A DNA stretch of 64,000 nt, taken from the NCBI GenBank assembly GCA_050084985.1, contig JBITNC010000001.1, positions 138,322,001-138,386,000 on the forward strand, written 5' to 3'. Each line of letters opens with the position of its first letter. Position 1 is the first letter of the stretch. The notes beneath the pieces are model-generated. The model saw only the letters and a list, made by a program, of their open reading frames with translations. It was not told where the DNA came from and ran no database searches. Shown here piece by piece: positions 39,687-53,489 of the stretch. Position numbers and translations under genes: made by a program. This DNA comes from Nageia nagi (Eukaryota > Plantae > Pinophyta).

Positions 39687-40680
39687 TGATACCCCAAGGT
39701 TTATATCTTGTAATGTATATGCTTTGTGATAAAATCCTAGAATGAGCCAATCAAGTAGAGATGCAACTATTCACCTACATTTTTATAAGCATTTGGAGTA
39801 TGTTTCTAGCTTTTCAAAAGATCTTCCCGTCCTTGTTGAGACTCTTTGAAGTTCGAGTTTCTAGTTAGGTTTTGCAAACAACAATAAAAAAGGGAAATGG
39901 GCTATCAAAGAAAATAAAATAAAATGGAGAATAGAATAAAGAGCTGGTTTTCAAAAAAACAAGAAAATATTGTCAGAAGTGTAGTATTGTTTGCATCATT
40001 AATCTTTCTCGGGTTTCTTAAGGTATTTCATCCATTCAATAAAGTCTAAATACAAACGACATTGTCCGAATTGTAAAGAGACAAGAGCATAACGCCATCT
40101 GATCTTCTAGATATAGATTAATGGTAGAAGAAGATGGAAGATGTGAAAGATCAAGTTTGAATGAAAGAAAACTTCTAAATTATATAAGAAAGAAACATGT
40201 TCAAAGTACATACACTTTGGATGCATTTCAAAAAGTATTCAATCAACTGTCTTTAAAACTCTAAGTTTTCAAAAGAAAATGAACTCAAAAACTTAAGTTA
40301 CACCATGTATAAGAACAAATCTAATAGATGCCATTCATATTCCCAAAAAATGACAACTTATTTGTTGATATTGTTTTTCCCGAGCATGCTCCTCCTAGCT
40401 CTAACTATTCTAACTCCTACTCTACCCTTACAAATGATCCTCAAAGGGGTACTTATAGTTTTGTCAAGTATAAACCCTAATTTAGGTGTTGCCCTTACCC
40501 TAATGAAAATGAAATTAACTGAAATTAAAATGAAATTACATTTCAAAATGTGAGGAGCAAAAACTCTTCCTCACTTAGGTAATAAACTTAAAATAAAAAA
40601 ATATCTTTTTAAAACAACAAATAAACTAAATAATGCCCTAAATCTAGCGCCCATTTCATGTGTTGTTTGATTGGTCAACA
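39687..40680. mobile_element. LTR-like fragment related to the 21980 solo LTR
   Basis: Shares terminus TGATACCCCAAGGTTTA; contains AAACCCTAA; possible CA end at 40680. Confidence 0.4.
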
Positions 40681-41419
40681 TGTAATGATGCATCCTATGT
40701 CTAGGAGTGATTTTGTATTGTTTTAGCATATTATTACCTCTAGGAGTGAGATGTCCCCTTTCTTGGTATGTGTAGGTGTAATACATTGTAATTGTTCATG
40801 ATTCATGTACAAATTGGGCATGATCCAAATGATGTAAGAATTGTAATTCTATGGCACTATTGTGAGGCGTCTGATCTTGCATCTAGATGCCACTATGGGA
40901 TGCCCATGTATAAAAGAAGGAAACACACCATGGAGAGATCATCTTGTGCTTATTCATCATTTCATTATCTCTTGAAGACTTGGTGCAGTGCAATGCTTTT
41001 ACGTCTTGTAGCAAGAGAGGATCTAGAGGAGTGAAGATGCCTCTAAATCTTTCAACTAAAGATTCACACCCCTTAGCTCCTTTAGTTGTGTGTCTAGGTT
41101 CAAGGGAGTGTTTCTTGTCTCATTCACTTCAGATTTGGGGGCTAGAGGCCTTAGCAGTGTGGCATCAACCTTCAAGGGTGCTTAGGAGTTTGTAGTGTGT
41201 CATATTTGGTCTTGTGAGCTATACATCCAACCCTTTGTGCCATTGTACTTCCATTTTGAGATCAATATAATTCAGATCTGCATTCTCTCTTTGAATCATA
41301 TAATTTCTTGTTGGATTTTCTTTTTTGATTGAGGTTGGGATTGCTATATTTTGTGTAGAAAATTATTTTTCTTACTTTGGGAGATTACATCTAGCCATAT
41401 CCTGATTTTGTACGTTGCA
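40681..41419 (+). mobile_element. LTR-like fragment
   Basis: TG...CA ends, TATA-like TGTATAAAAG (~40906), ATCAATATAA signal (~41261); no TSD verified. Confidence 0.35.
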
Positions 41420-44400
41420 TGTTCTCTTTTTCAAAGAGTTGACGTCCCATATTCAGGGGTTGAAGTCCCTTCTTTAGGATTCCCATTCTTCTAATGCTCT
41501 TCTATCTCCTTGAAAATCTTGTTGAATTCATCATTCTGTTTTGCATTAGTTGACTTGATCTTTCCTATCTCCATCTTTTGAGGATAAGCCTCTAGATTTT
41601 GAGGTTCCTTGGTATCCTTTTTTAGGAAAAATTTGGTGATAGATAATATGCCCTTATATCAAAGAACATATTTATCCAATTCATGGGTCTTTGTTGACTT
41701 GTCTTTCACCCTTTGGCTTGGATCTTCATGTGAAGCTCGAATTAAGGTTGCCATATCAAAATCAAGCTTCTTCTTATTGATATCTTTACTTGATGAAACA
41801 AATTCAGTGGTCACCTTCTTCTCATCCTCCTGCTCAATTGGTTTTCCTTTTGATTCGAGATTCGTCTCTATCATCTTGAACCCACAAATAAATGGTATCT
41901 GTTACAAAAGAAAAATATTAGCAAAAATAGGTTTGAGATGCATGTTTTGATAGGATGTAATGGACTTTAAGATGATGAAATGGGATAATGGAGGATGACT
42001 ATGAATGATGGCATAGGTACTTGGATGAAAAATAAGTCTAGTTTGATGTGGAATAGATAATTTGGCCCTGGCACATGGAAATGGGGTTTCAATTTCTTAT
42101 TTCTACAACTTGATATGCATAGGAATGGTGCACATGCTTTTGGGGTCTTAAAATTCTAAAGACTTCTAAATGGTGTGCATGGAGGAAAAGGATGTGGGTG
42201 TTTAGCAAAATTAATACCTAATACCCCTTTTATATCCCCTTTTAAATAGGTCTATGACACTTGGCATGTGTCTATTGGGAAAAATATTGGCATTGTTTCA
42301 CATAAAATGAGGATATAGAATTGGACACATGAACAAGACTTCTTTTAACTCTTAGCCCTCCAAAATGGTGTGCATGGTTTTCTTGACCACCTTTGATCTT
42401 TAGAACTTGTAATTTAGTGTCCTATGAGGGGTGCACATGGGTTTAGGGTCTCAAAACTTCTAATATCTGCACAAGGAGAAGTGGGAGAGAGTGCAAAATC
42501 AAGTGCTTAGCTCTGCTTTTGTACCTTTTTAGGCTCATTTTGGACATGTATCAGCTCAAATTTGCTATTTTAAATCCCTCTTGAGGTGTGCGTAGGGAAC
42601 TGTGCCAATTTTAAGTCACTTTGGTGTATCATTTGACCCCTTTAAAAGTTTTAAGTGCTTGGAATTATGCACATGGAAAATTTAGCCTTTCTAGTCCACC
42701 TTGAGCATATCATCTTGGTCTCTTAAGGTTTTCGAGACCTTAAAAAAGTGCAACCTCCTTGATGTGTTTTTGAACCTTTTTAACCTTCAATTTCCCTCTT
42801 TAAGTCCTCGTAGGGGTGAGCATAGGTCTTTGGGGTCTTTTGAAGCCTTAATATGTTAAAATTTTGACTTTTTGACTTCTCAAAATGGCTTCTCCAAGGT
42901 AATTTCGAACCTTCTTACCTTTATAATATTTTTAAGCCTTTTGAATGGTGCGAATGGCATTTTGGACCTTTTATTCCTTGTTGGGTGCATCAGTTTGGCC
43001 TCTTAAGAATTTTAAGGCTTTGAAATGATGCAACCTCTTTTCTTGTGCATTGTTTAGCAATTTTAACCTTTATTTATCTTTTTATGTCCTCTTTTGTAGT
43101 AGAAATAAGATCAGGAATACCTTTTTTACTTCTTGTTGCAGCATTGCATACCTTTTCCTTTTCTGATTTTGACTCTCAAACTAATTCTGAATCTTCACTT
43201 GACTCATCATTAAACTTCATTGGTTTTCCATTGACATCATAGATAATCATATTCACCATATTAGTAGCTAGAAGCTCTTGATCTTTCACTTTAATTGTAT
43301 CATTTTCATATGAAATTGTCCCATTATCCACAAGTTATTTAAGTAGTTTTCTCATTGCAAAACAACCTGATGTATGGTGTCCTTTAACTTGATGATATCT
43401 ACAAAATGCACTTTCTTTATACCAAAGTGGTTTCTCTTCATTAGGACCATATTCTTTTCCTCGGAATTGTTTGATAAGACCTCTCTCAAGACAATCTTCC
43501 AACATTTTACTTGGATGATTAAGAAGTGGAAACTTATCTTTTGCACACTCATATTTCCTTTCTTGATCTTTATAGGCTCAACTGCATTAACATTACTATC
43601 CTCTTTCTTTTGACATGACCTTTTACCACTATCCCTTGTGGAAGAAGAAAATGTATACTTAAGTTGACCAAATATTAACATATACCTTGCTTTCCCAATA
43701 AGCATGTGAATCATATCCATAAAGGGACCTCTTACATAATCAAGACCACAAGTTCCAAGAAGAAGATTAATGTTGTCAAGAAACACCTTTGCAACGAATT
43801 TCTCATCCACAGTTTATTCCATTGATCTCCAAATCTGCACATACCTAGGAGAAAACTTATCCAATTTTTCTAATTGACCTTGTTTAAAATGAATCAAATT
43901 TTTCAAATCTACTAGTTTCTTTATATTGCATCTGAAATGGCTCTTGAAATGATCTTTCAATTACTAATATTAGGTAATAGATCCTAGTGCTAAATTGTGA
44001 AACCACTTCCTAGGTTCACTAATCAAACTCATGGGAAAGTACTTTGCTTTCAAGTTGTTGTTAACCCCACATTTGAGCTCCATGTTATATTAGAATCCTT
44101 GAATATGAATGATAGGATCACCCTCACCATTAACATTTTCCAACTTAGGTTCTTTATCAATCTCATTGAGAATTGCATTACTAATCTCCAAACTCAAAGG
44201 ATTTCCCTTATCCTCAGTACTAATGAAGCTTTTTGCAAATCAATTTTGAAGCAATTGTACCTTTGTTTCCATTTTCTTAAACTTCTCTTTCGGTAAGGTG
44301 ACAATGTTCAAAGGTGCATTCCCAATGTTGGTGCTCATGGAAACGTTGACATTGTTGTTGTCTTGCATTTAAGGTGTAGAGGCTTTCACAAGCATAGCTT

Positions 44401-44509
44401 AACACTCAGGCATTTCCATTATTTTATTCAAACTTCTAAAGCAATATTTGCCATATCTGTTATAGTCACAAAACCTTATGATCAAATATGAACAAGAACC
44501 TACGGGCTC
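41420..44509 (-). pseudogene. Tat-type gag copy A (~44460-43152) plus downstream K/E-rich coding segment (41898-~41420); interrupted upstream by the Athila insertion
   Basis: Colinear with gag copy B (59468-60798): DEKFVAKVFLDNIN.LLGTCGLDYVRGPFMD; flank continues seamlessly at 57526 after the GGCTC TSD. Confidence 0.85.
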
Positions 44510-46205
44510 TGATGAGTCTCAAAAATTACCTGGTTTTGGCACGATTCAATGGTTCATTTTGTATATTTGGACATTATGGGATGGATTATTTGTAATGGTT
44601 GAACTATCTAGTTGCTTAATATATGGTTAAATGCATACCTTCCTTATATTAGTATTTTGTGCATACTGATTATACTTTTGTGTTTGTTTTGAACCAAAAT
44701 GTTTCTTTTTGTTACATAGAATGATGGTCGGTAATTTGGATGGGTTGCAAGTCTTGTGAAGATGCCTTTGAACAAATTCTACATTGTCTGGAGCTCCGCT
44801 CCAGATAGATTTTTACACAGGTCTGCATCGTCCAAAGTTCCACTCCAGATATAGTTGGCGCCTCATCTGAATAAAGAAGAGCTAGACTTGTTTGGAGCTC
44901 TCCTCTAGACTTGTCTGGAGCCCTTCTCAACTCACCCAAGGTCTTCAACTCAGAGGTGTCAAAGGTCTCTATCTCCCAGACTTGTCCGGAGCGCCTGCTC
45001 CAGACTCGTCCCGAGCGCCTATTCTAGACTCGTCCAGAGCGCCTATTCTAGACTCGTCCGGAGCTTCTATTTCAAGCTTGTCCAGAGCTTCTATTTCAAG
45101 CTTGTCTGGAGCCTCTATGTTGGACTCATCCGGAGCTCCTACTTCAAACTCGTCCGGAGCTTCCACTCTAGGCCTAGATTTGAGGAGTTGACTATCATCC
45201 TTGACTATATTGTTAGCTCTATTCTAACCTTGTATGATCCAGATATTTAGGAGATATGAACTACTCCAGATATAGTCTGTAGAAGCATGGTTTCAACACA
45301 TCAGATATAGTCAGATATGATTCTTGTTTTTGGAGTATGTTTGACTCCAATTTAAGCATAAAAAAACTACCTATGAATGTAAATAGGGTAGTGCTGACCT
45401 GTTGAGATGAGCTATCCCTTTTTCTAAGGGATTGAAGCTCTCTTTAGACAGGGCATGGATACTACTAGTATGATAATTTTAGTATTAGTCAGTTAGTAGA
45501 ATAAATGATTCTGTTTTCCATAACAGAATACTGTTTAGATTATGGTTATTCTTGACCTACCTATTGTTAAACAATGGAGGATATTTATACCTCAATTGTT
45601 GACGGTAGGAGGGGTTAGAAAATTAAGAAAGTATTGTGTGAATAGATTATTGTGTTGAAGCTCTGTATTAGATTTGTCAAGCACATTCTGTGTAAGACGA
45701 ATTGCATGCAACAATAAAGTGATCTGTTAAAGAGTTTCTAGTTCTGAGTTCTCTAAGTCTTCCACCAAGAGGAGCAAGGGCCCACTCCAAATGGTAGAAG
45801 ACTCTTTTATATTTCTATACTTTCCAAGTTTAAATGTGAGTTTGCTTTAAGTTCAGTATTTTCCAGTTTGTCTCTCTTTTAGTATTTCAGATTCCTATAC
45901 TTTCAATTCTGCAACGTTCAGTTCTGCACATTTGCTTTCTGCCACTTTGCTTGAAGTAGATACAGCTTAGAGAGCAGAGCTCAATAGCATACAGCCTTGA
46001 ACACCTCCCGAATTTGATAAAAGTAATGAAGGGGATAAATGTTGATATTCCAAACTTAGTGAGAGGCAACTAAAAGCTTTCCTGAGTGTTGGTGTACCAG
46101 CTCTTTGAGTTAACTGGTCCCTTCACAATAACAGGTGTGAGGATCACTAAGGGGAGGGTAGTGATAGCCCTAGGGGAATTTGGAGTGTCATTATTTAACT
46201 CATCA
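44510..46205 (+). repeat. 5' LTR of Athila element
   Basis: Direct repeat of 55825-57520 with 7-bp terminal inverted repeats. Confidence 0.97.
44980..45172. repeat. 24-bp tandem array inside LTR (core TCCGGAGC)
   Basis: Units such as TCCGGAGCTTCTATTTCAAGCTTG; degenerate units extend left to ~44785; counterpart at ~56295-56487. Confidence 0.9.
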
Positions 46206-46208
46206 TTT

Positions 46209-46226
46209 TGGCGTTGTTGCCGGGGA
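46209..46226 (+). promoter_or_regulatory. PBS, tRNA-Asp type
   Basis: TGGCGTTGTTGCCGGGGA versus canonical Athila TGGCGCCGTTGCCGGGGA (two C>T changes). Confidence 0.88.
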
Positions 46227-46417
46227 AATGGTGTTGATTGAGTTATCTCTATAGTTCTTAAGGATAGGGGACTTGACAGAGCCAATTTGCAATCGGGTGC
46301 CGTCCTAGTTCCTCAATTCTTAACAGAATGAGTGGCCCCAATAACCTATATTAAGAATCTGCAGAGAACTGTTGTTGAAGTTGTGATAGTTTGGTTTGAT
46401 TATTTGCTTGAGAATGT

Positions 46418-49400
46418 ATGAATAGATTAAGAGATAATAAAGGGAGATTTGTTAGTAGTAAAGGAGAAGGTAGTAAGAAAGTAGTTGTAGGAAAACCATA
46501 GAAAACACAAAAATCAGTACCACAAAAAACCCCCCAAAAATAAAAAGTTGGATTCAGGAAAGATTGTGGAAGAACAAGGAAGTAGTATAGTTGTTGAAGA
46601 ACATCAGGTGGAGCAACCAGAAGAAACTAGGCCAAAGCCTAGACTTGTGGAAGAAATTGAGCCAACAAGTGCAGAAGAGGAGTTAGATCATAGTCCAGAA
46701 CGTGAACATCCAGAAATTGCAGAAGAAACAACTTTCATTAGTCCATCCTTACCACCATTTCTGAGATTTTCAGATCCACCTAAACAATATAGGAGATTTA
46801 CAGATACATCTCCTTTAGCACCTATACGGTTTGCAGAATTAACTCTTCAGCCAAATTTAGTTGAGTCTGCTCCGGATACAGTCACTCCCACCCCAACATC
46901 TCATCCATTCATCCATTCCTTTGATAAACCTTCACCATTATCCATTAGTCAACTTCTTTCTAGTGAAAGTGATTCTGAAGCTGAGAAGGAGGCAGCCAAG
47001 AAACCCTTCCATATTCACTACCGCAAAGGTAGTATACCAGAGTTGGATCATATTAGGAGTATATATATCAATCCGTTGGTAAATATGTCTGGAGGAAGTG
47101 GTGGTTCTAGAGTAGGGGGTACTCCTCAAACTTCAACCCAAACTTTCACTTATCCCATTCGGCTTGCTGCTGGAACTCAGGCTCCTATGAAAAATATTTC
47201 ACCATCAATCTTACCTATTTCCAGAGGTCTTTCTAGTGAAGATCCAGATCAGTTCTTGTTTGAGTTCAAAATATTGTGCAAAACTTATGACTATGAAATG
47301 GATGAACAGAAATTAAAACTCTTTCCATCCACTCTGAAGGACAATGCAATGAGGTGGTTCATGGGACTACCTCCAGATTCTATCTCTACTTGGCAAGAAA
47401 TGGAAAGAGCCTTTTTAGAAAAATATCAAGAGTATTGTCGAGTTAAAGATAGGAAGGATGAACTGTTTCGGCTCACACAGGCAGCCTCAAAAAGCGTTGA
47501 AGATTACCTTGACAAATTCCTATTTGTTCAGAAGAGAGTGGGTACAACCATGGATCCAGAATTCTCCAAGACCATCTTTTTAAGAGGGCTTCTAGATTCC
47601 ACATTGGAAGTCATCAATCTGATGGGAAAAGGTAATGTCAATAAGTTAACTGTTGATGAAATTGTGGAACTCTGCAGAAACTATTCAAGGACCAGATCAT
47701 AGAAGAGAAGCGACAAGTTTCAGAATGATGGTTGAATGGAGATTGGATTGGCAAGTGAAATCAAAGAGGAATTTGCTAACTTCAGGGCTGATGTTCTGTT
47801 TGAACTAAGTCAACTAAAGGGGATAGCAAACAAGTTGAAAGAAATGCAGGATTCTTTCCAAAGCACAAATTCGAAGAAGGAAGCCACTGATGAATTCTCA
47901 TCAAGATACTGTCCTAGATGCTGGAAGAAACATGCTTTACATGAATGTCCTTTGAACACCACCCATATATGCATCCTGTGCAATAATGACCATCCAACAG
48001 ATGATTTTGACTATCTAACGATAGCACAAATGTCTGTAGTAGCTCCAAACATGAACATGAACTATATGGGAGCAATGGGGCCTAGGGGAAATAATAATTT
48101 TCAAGGAAACCCAAATCCTTATTTTTCTAGGCCAACAAATCCGAATTGGTGGAACATGCCACACAATTCCCCATGGATGGCAAACCCATATTGGCAAGTA
48201 TATGGATGGGATTCTCCACAATGGAATCCACAATGGTAGCAATATGGAGGACAGAATCGGCAGAACTGGAATAATCAAGGACAGCGAAGGCAAGGTTTGC
48301 GCCACCACCTATTAATCAACAACAACCAATGAATCAGCAGCAACAACCTCTGAAGCAACCAGCTCTTCCTGCCCAACCTGTTCCCAACCCCAATAATAAC
48401 AGGCAAGCTCCAGCGCCTACCTATAAGATTGATCAAGGAGACACAGCATCAGTAAATGTTATTCAATGCAATGAAATCGAGCTACGATCTGGTAAGAAAT
48501 TGCCAGATCCTACACCTCCTATTATCACAGAAGTAGAGGTGGATAGCTCAGATGAATCTCCAGTAGAGCAAACCGAGGATAGTCTAGAGCCACCAACAGA
48601 TACAATTGCACCTACACATAATAAGGAGGTCCAGACAGCAGTTAGTCCATATCCAGAGAGACTAATGGAAAAACCTCAAGAAACAAAATCAGAACTACTG
48701 CAAGAGATGAGGAAATTGAATATCACTATACCTTTATTACAAGCAATCAAACAGGTTCCTGAGCTAAACAAGATGATTAAAGAATTATGCATGCACAGGA
48801 GAGGAAGAAGAAAGAAAGTCTATCCAAAGACTATTAAAGTAGATGGTAAAGTAGCTGATCTTTTGGCCGAAAATTGGTAATTCCTAAGTATGGTGATCCG
48901 GGAAATCCTGTCATTACCATTAACATAGGGACCACTAAAGTGCCTAATGTTTTAGTTGATTTGGGAGCAACAATAAATGTCATGACTCTAGACATGTCTC
49001 AAAAACTATTTTTGTCAAATATACAGCCCACTTCAACTATGTTACAAATGGTAGACTGAACAGTAGCTAAGCCGGAAGGAATTGTAGAAGATGTCCAAAT
49101 AATAGTAGATTCTTGGAGCTATCCAGTGGATTTTCTGCTGTTAAAGACAAGAGCACAGCCTTCTGGATATCCAGTCATACTGGATAGACCTTGGTTAGCC
49201 ACAGCAACTGCATACATCAACTGTAGGTCCGGGGACATGACTATTTCTAATGTCCTAAACACAAAGACACTTTCTTTGTACCCACCTGCCCAACCAACAT
49301 TGGATTATCACAATCAGGTATGGATCGACGAGCCTAACATGGATGCACATGACACTTTTGCAACATTAGCAACCATCACCATCAAGGACCATGTCGAGGA

Positions 49401-52400
49401 GATAGAAGAAGATCCTAGTCTGGAATAGATACAGTATTACTGTCCGCAGCAACAGGAAGGAGAATCAGAGGGCAGTGATGAGGAAAGGGGAGATACAGTG
49501 GTCGAACCATTACAAAGCATTATTTTTAATGTTCCTTTAGAAGAACAAGTAGCCTTGTTGGCAATGTTCAAATGTCCTCTTACTCACATTGTTCTAAAAG
49601 GGGATAGTTTTAGGGAAAGAACAAGGGTATTCCATTCCTTATTCCCACACTCTTGTCCTTTGAATTCCCTAGTTCAGCTTCTAGAATAGAGTAATCTGAC
49701 CAAGCCTAGGATTAAGACTGTTGAAGTATTACCAGGAAAGACTCTTAATATCAGCAGTTGGCTGATGGATGAACAAGAGAAGAAGCTTTTTGATGTCTTG
49801 ACCACTCACATCGAAGCTTTTGCTTGGGATTACTCAGACATGAAAGGAATTCATCCTCAAATATGTACCCATCATATTTATATGAATGAAACAAGGCTTG
49901 TCCAGCAGCCTCCTAGACGAATAAATCCTGCACTTAAAGCAGTTGTTAAGACTGAAATTGGGAAGCTGTTGAAGGCTGAATTCATCTATCCTATCTTAGA
50001 TAGTCAATGGGTCTCACCTTTGGTGATTGTGCCTTAGAAAAATGGCAAATGGAGGGTATGTGTTGACTACAGAGCTCTCAATAAAGCCACATTCAGGGAC
50101 CACTTTCCATTGCCTTTCATTGATCAGGTGTTAGACACTCTGTCTGGTAAATAGTATTTCTCTTTTTTAGATGGATTCAGTGGCTATAACCAAATACAAA
50201 TTGCAGAAGAAGATCAGGGCAAGACTACATTTACCTGTGCATGGGGTACATATGCTTACAAGGTTCTTCCTTTTGGCTTGTGCAATGCACTAGCAACCTT
50301 CCAAAGAGCTGTGCTAGCAATCTTCTCAGATCTGACTAATGATTGTGTTGAAGTGTACATGGATGACTTCACAGTGTATGGCAACACTTTTGAAGATGCC
50401 TTAAGGAACTTAGAAAAAGTATTGGTGAGATGCAAACTGCATAATCTATCCTTAAGCCATGAAAAATGTTTCATGCTTGTACAGGAGGGAATAGTCTTGG
50501 GCCATCATATTTCAGCCCAAGGGATTCAGGTGGACCCCAAGAAGATAGAAGTCATAAAACAACTTCCTCAACCTGAGACTCAAACAGATATCCAGAGCTT
50601 CTTGGGACATGCCGGATACTATAGAAGATTTATAGAAAATTTCAGTAAAATAGCAGCCCCATTATTTGCCCTGCTGCATAAGGACAATGAATTTGAATGG
50701 ACGGTTGACTGTGAAGAAGCTTTTCAGACCATCAAAGAAAAACTCACCACAACTCCTATGTTGAGAGGTCCAAATTGGGAACTTCCATTCCACATTCATA
50801 CGGATGCCTCAAATTATGCTATTGGAGCAGTCCTAGGACAAGAAGAACCAAGTAAGTCCCCATATGCTATTTATTACATAAGCAAAAACTTGGTAGGAGC
50901 TAAAAGAAATTATACTACTACAGAAAAAGAATTCCTAGTAGTAGTGTATGCCATCAATAAATTTAGACACCATATCATAGGGTACCAAGTGTTTGTTCAT
51001 ACTGACCATGCTACCATTAAATATCTCATGAACAAACCTATGGTAAGTGGAAGAATCGTGAGATGGTTGCTGTTATTACAGGAGTTTAATGTGACTATAA
51101 TTGATAAACCTGGCAAGACAAATGTAGTAGCAGATTTCTTGTCTAGACTGAACATCATTCGAGAAGATGAGCTTGTGGAGGATACTTTTCCAGATGAACA
51201 ACTATTTGCAATCTCTACACAATCCCCATGGTTTGCAGACATTGCTAATTATCTTGCCACTGGAAGAATTCCTCCATATCTGTCTCCAAATCAGAGGAAA
51301 CAACTGATAAAGCAGAGTGCATCATACAAATGGGTGGATGGATTATTGTTTAAATATGGACTTGATTATGCACTCCGAAGGTGTCTACGGACAGATGAGG
51401 TATTTGATGTTATCCATGCATGTCATGATGAGCCGTCATGAGGTCACTATTCTGATAAACGAACCATTCATAAAGTCCTAGGAACTAGTTATTTTTGGCC
51501 TTCCATGCACAAAGACATTAGGAAATATGTGAAGCAATGTGACCAGTGTCAACGAATGGGTAGACCAACTGCTACTACTCAAATGCCATTACAACCATAG
51601 TGGATGCTTGAACCATTTGAGCAATGGGGCATCAACTTTGTTGGACCTATTAATCCTCCATCTCAAGGTAAGAGACACATACTAGTCTGTACTGATTATG
51701 CCACTAAGTGGGTGGAAGTAGTAGCTTTGGCACATGCCAAAGAAGAATTGGTGGCAGATTTTCTGTATAATAACATTATGCAGAGATTTGGAGCTCCTCG
51801 GTTTCTGGTTTCTGATCAGGGTCCGCAGTTCATGTCAAGGACAATACAACATTTTGTAAACCAATATCAGATCTGACATAAGAAGGCTTCGCCCTATCAC
51901 CCACAAACAAATGGACAAGTTGAAGTTACTAACAGAGAGCTGGAAAATATATTGACCAAGACAGTAGCTTCGCACAGAAAGGATTGGGTATCTAGGCTTC
52001 CTGAAGCAGTTTGGGCATACAATACCATGTGGAAATCCACCAGTGGATTTACTCCATATGAATTGGTTTTTGGTAAGAAGCCTCTAATGCCAATAGAATT
52101 TGAGCTCCAAACACTGAGAACAGCCCTAGAAGTTGGGATGGACATAACAGAAGTTCAAAAAATAGACTGCTCCAGTTAAATGAGCTGGATGAAATAAGAA
52201 TGGAGGCATTGCATAATACTGAAATCATCCAACATCAACGGAAACTTTGGCATGACAAAAATCTTAAACAGAATCAGTTTCAGGTAGGGGAATGGGCTCT
52301 ATTATTTGATTCCCGATATAATGATTTCATAGGGAAGCTCCAGACACGATGGTTGGGGCCATATAAGATTCTTCAAATATTCCCTAATGGTTCAGTCCAT

Positions 52401-52562
52401 TTACATCCAATTGACAATTCTCGAAGGATTCTCCTGGTTAATGGACATCGCCTTCGACCATATTTGATACCATCAACGAAGGAGCAATTCACACAGCAGA
52501 TAAAGATAGCAGATTCTGATGTATCCGGGGAAGCCTCTTCTTCCTCGGATGTGGTAAAATAA
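46418..52562 (+). pseudogene. Athila gag-pol (in-frame stops and ~4 frameshifts)
   Basis: Gag EDPDQFLFEF...LFPSTLKDNAMRWF; protease VLVDLGATINVM; RT LDGFSGYNQI, YMDD; RNase H DASNYAIGAVL; integrase zinc finger, SDQGPQF, WLGPY. Confidence 0.95.
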
Positions 52563-53489
52563 ACTCTTTGATCAGCTCTATAAATAAGTGATTCCAGTGG
52601 ATGTGGCAGTCGACAAGTGAAAATTAGGAAACTAACACTTGTCGGTGAAAACCATTGACACTGGAAACACAAGAAGCTTAGTATTATATGTAAAAAGAAA
52701 AAAAAATGAGAAAAAAAAAATTTATTTAAAATTATATATATATATATTATATAATAATGCAGGGTCACATGCAGAATTCCCATGTCAACAGGGACTATTT
52801 TAGTTCCGAAAGATGGTGTGAATCTTGCATACGTATGGTGACTGGAGCGTTGGACGATGTTTCTCCGAACACGTCCAAAGCTGCCAATTTCTTTGTCACC
52901 TCCCTTGCACAATGCGCTCGACACGATTTCAGTTACAAAGTGATGGACCAGTCTTCAAGGACACATCACCTATCGGGAGCGCAGCACAACGGACCACGCG
53001 ATAGCTCAGTAACCAAGTACATCCACGTATCATCACATCCATACTCACCACTCCATGGCACATGGTTTAAAAACTGGCTGCCACCTCTTTCCACGCCATA
53101 AATAAAACCAACTGACACCTTTTTCCCTGCACACAAATCAACCGCCACCTTTTTACTTCACATCAACCAATACTTCACACATGTCAAACGTCCTTCACAT
53201 GACATGTGATTCATTGGAGGCAAGCGATGGCTCCAAATTATCATGCATGCAATCAATGGTATATCACCTTACCATCCTCACACGTACCGGACGTCCATTT
53301 TCATGCTCCACCACCATCCGCCATTAATGGTATGTCATTTCATCATTATTTAGGTAATTAGTAGTTTAACTGTTATAAAATTATTTGAACCTGCATGTCC
53401 AAATAACAACTATGCCATAAGCTCTGTTCGCCACCTCGCCACATTCAAACTCCAGCCAAGCATTTGTAGACCAACTGGTTGTCAGAAAA

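Noticed and set aside
44712-45191. ORFs with 8-aa repeats in both Athila LTRs (EAPDKLEI / SSRAPILD)
   Set aside because: By-product of a 24-bp tandem repeat that is open in several frames on both strands; no evidence of coding
52373-53148. ORFs of 183, 114 and 60 aa in the Athila pol-extra ORF spacer
   Set aside because: Antisense or low-complexity, crossing A/T runs, no recognisable motifs
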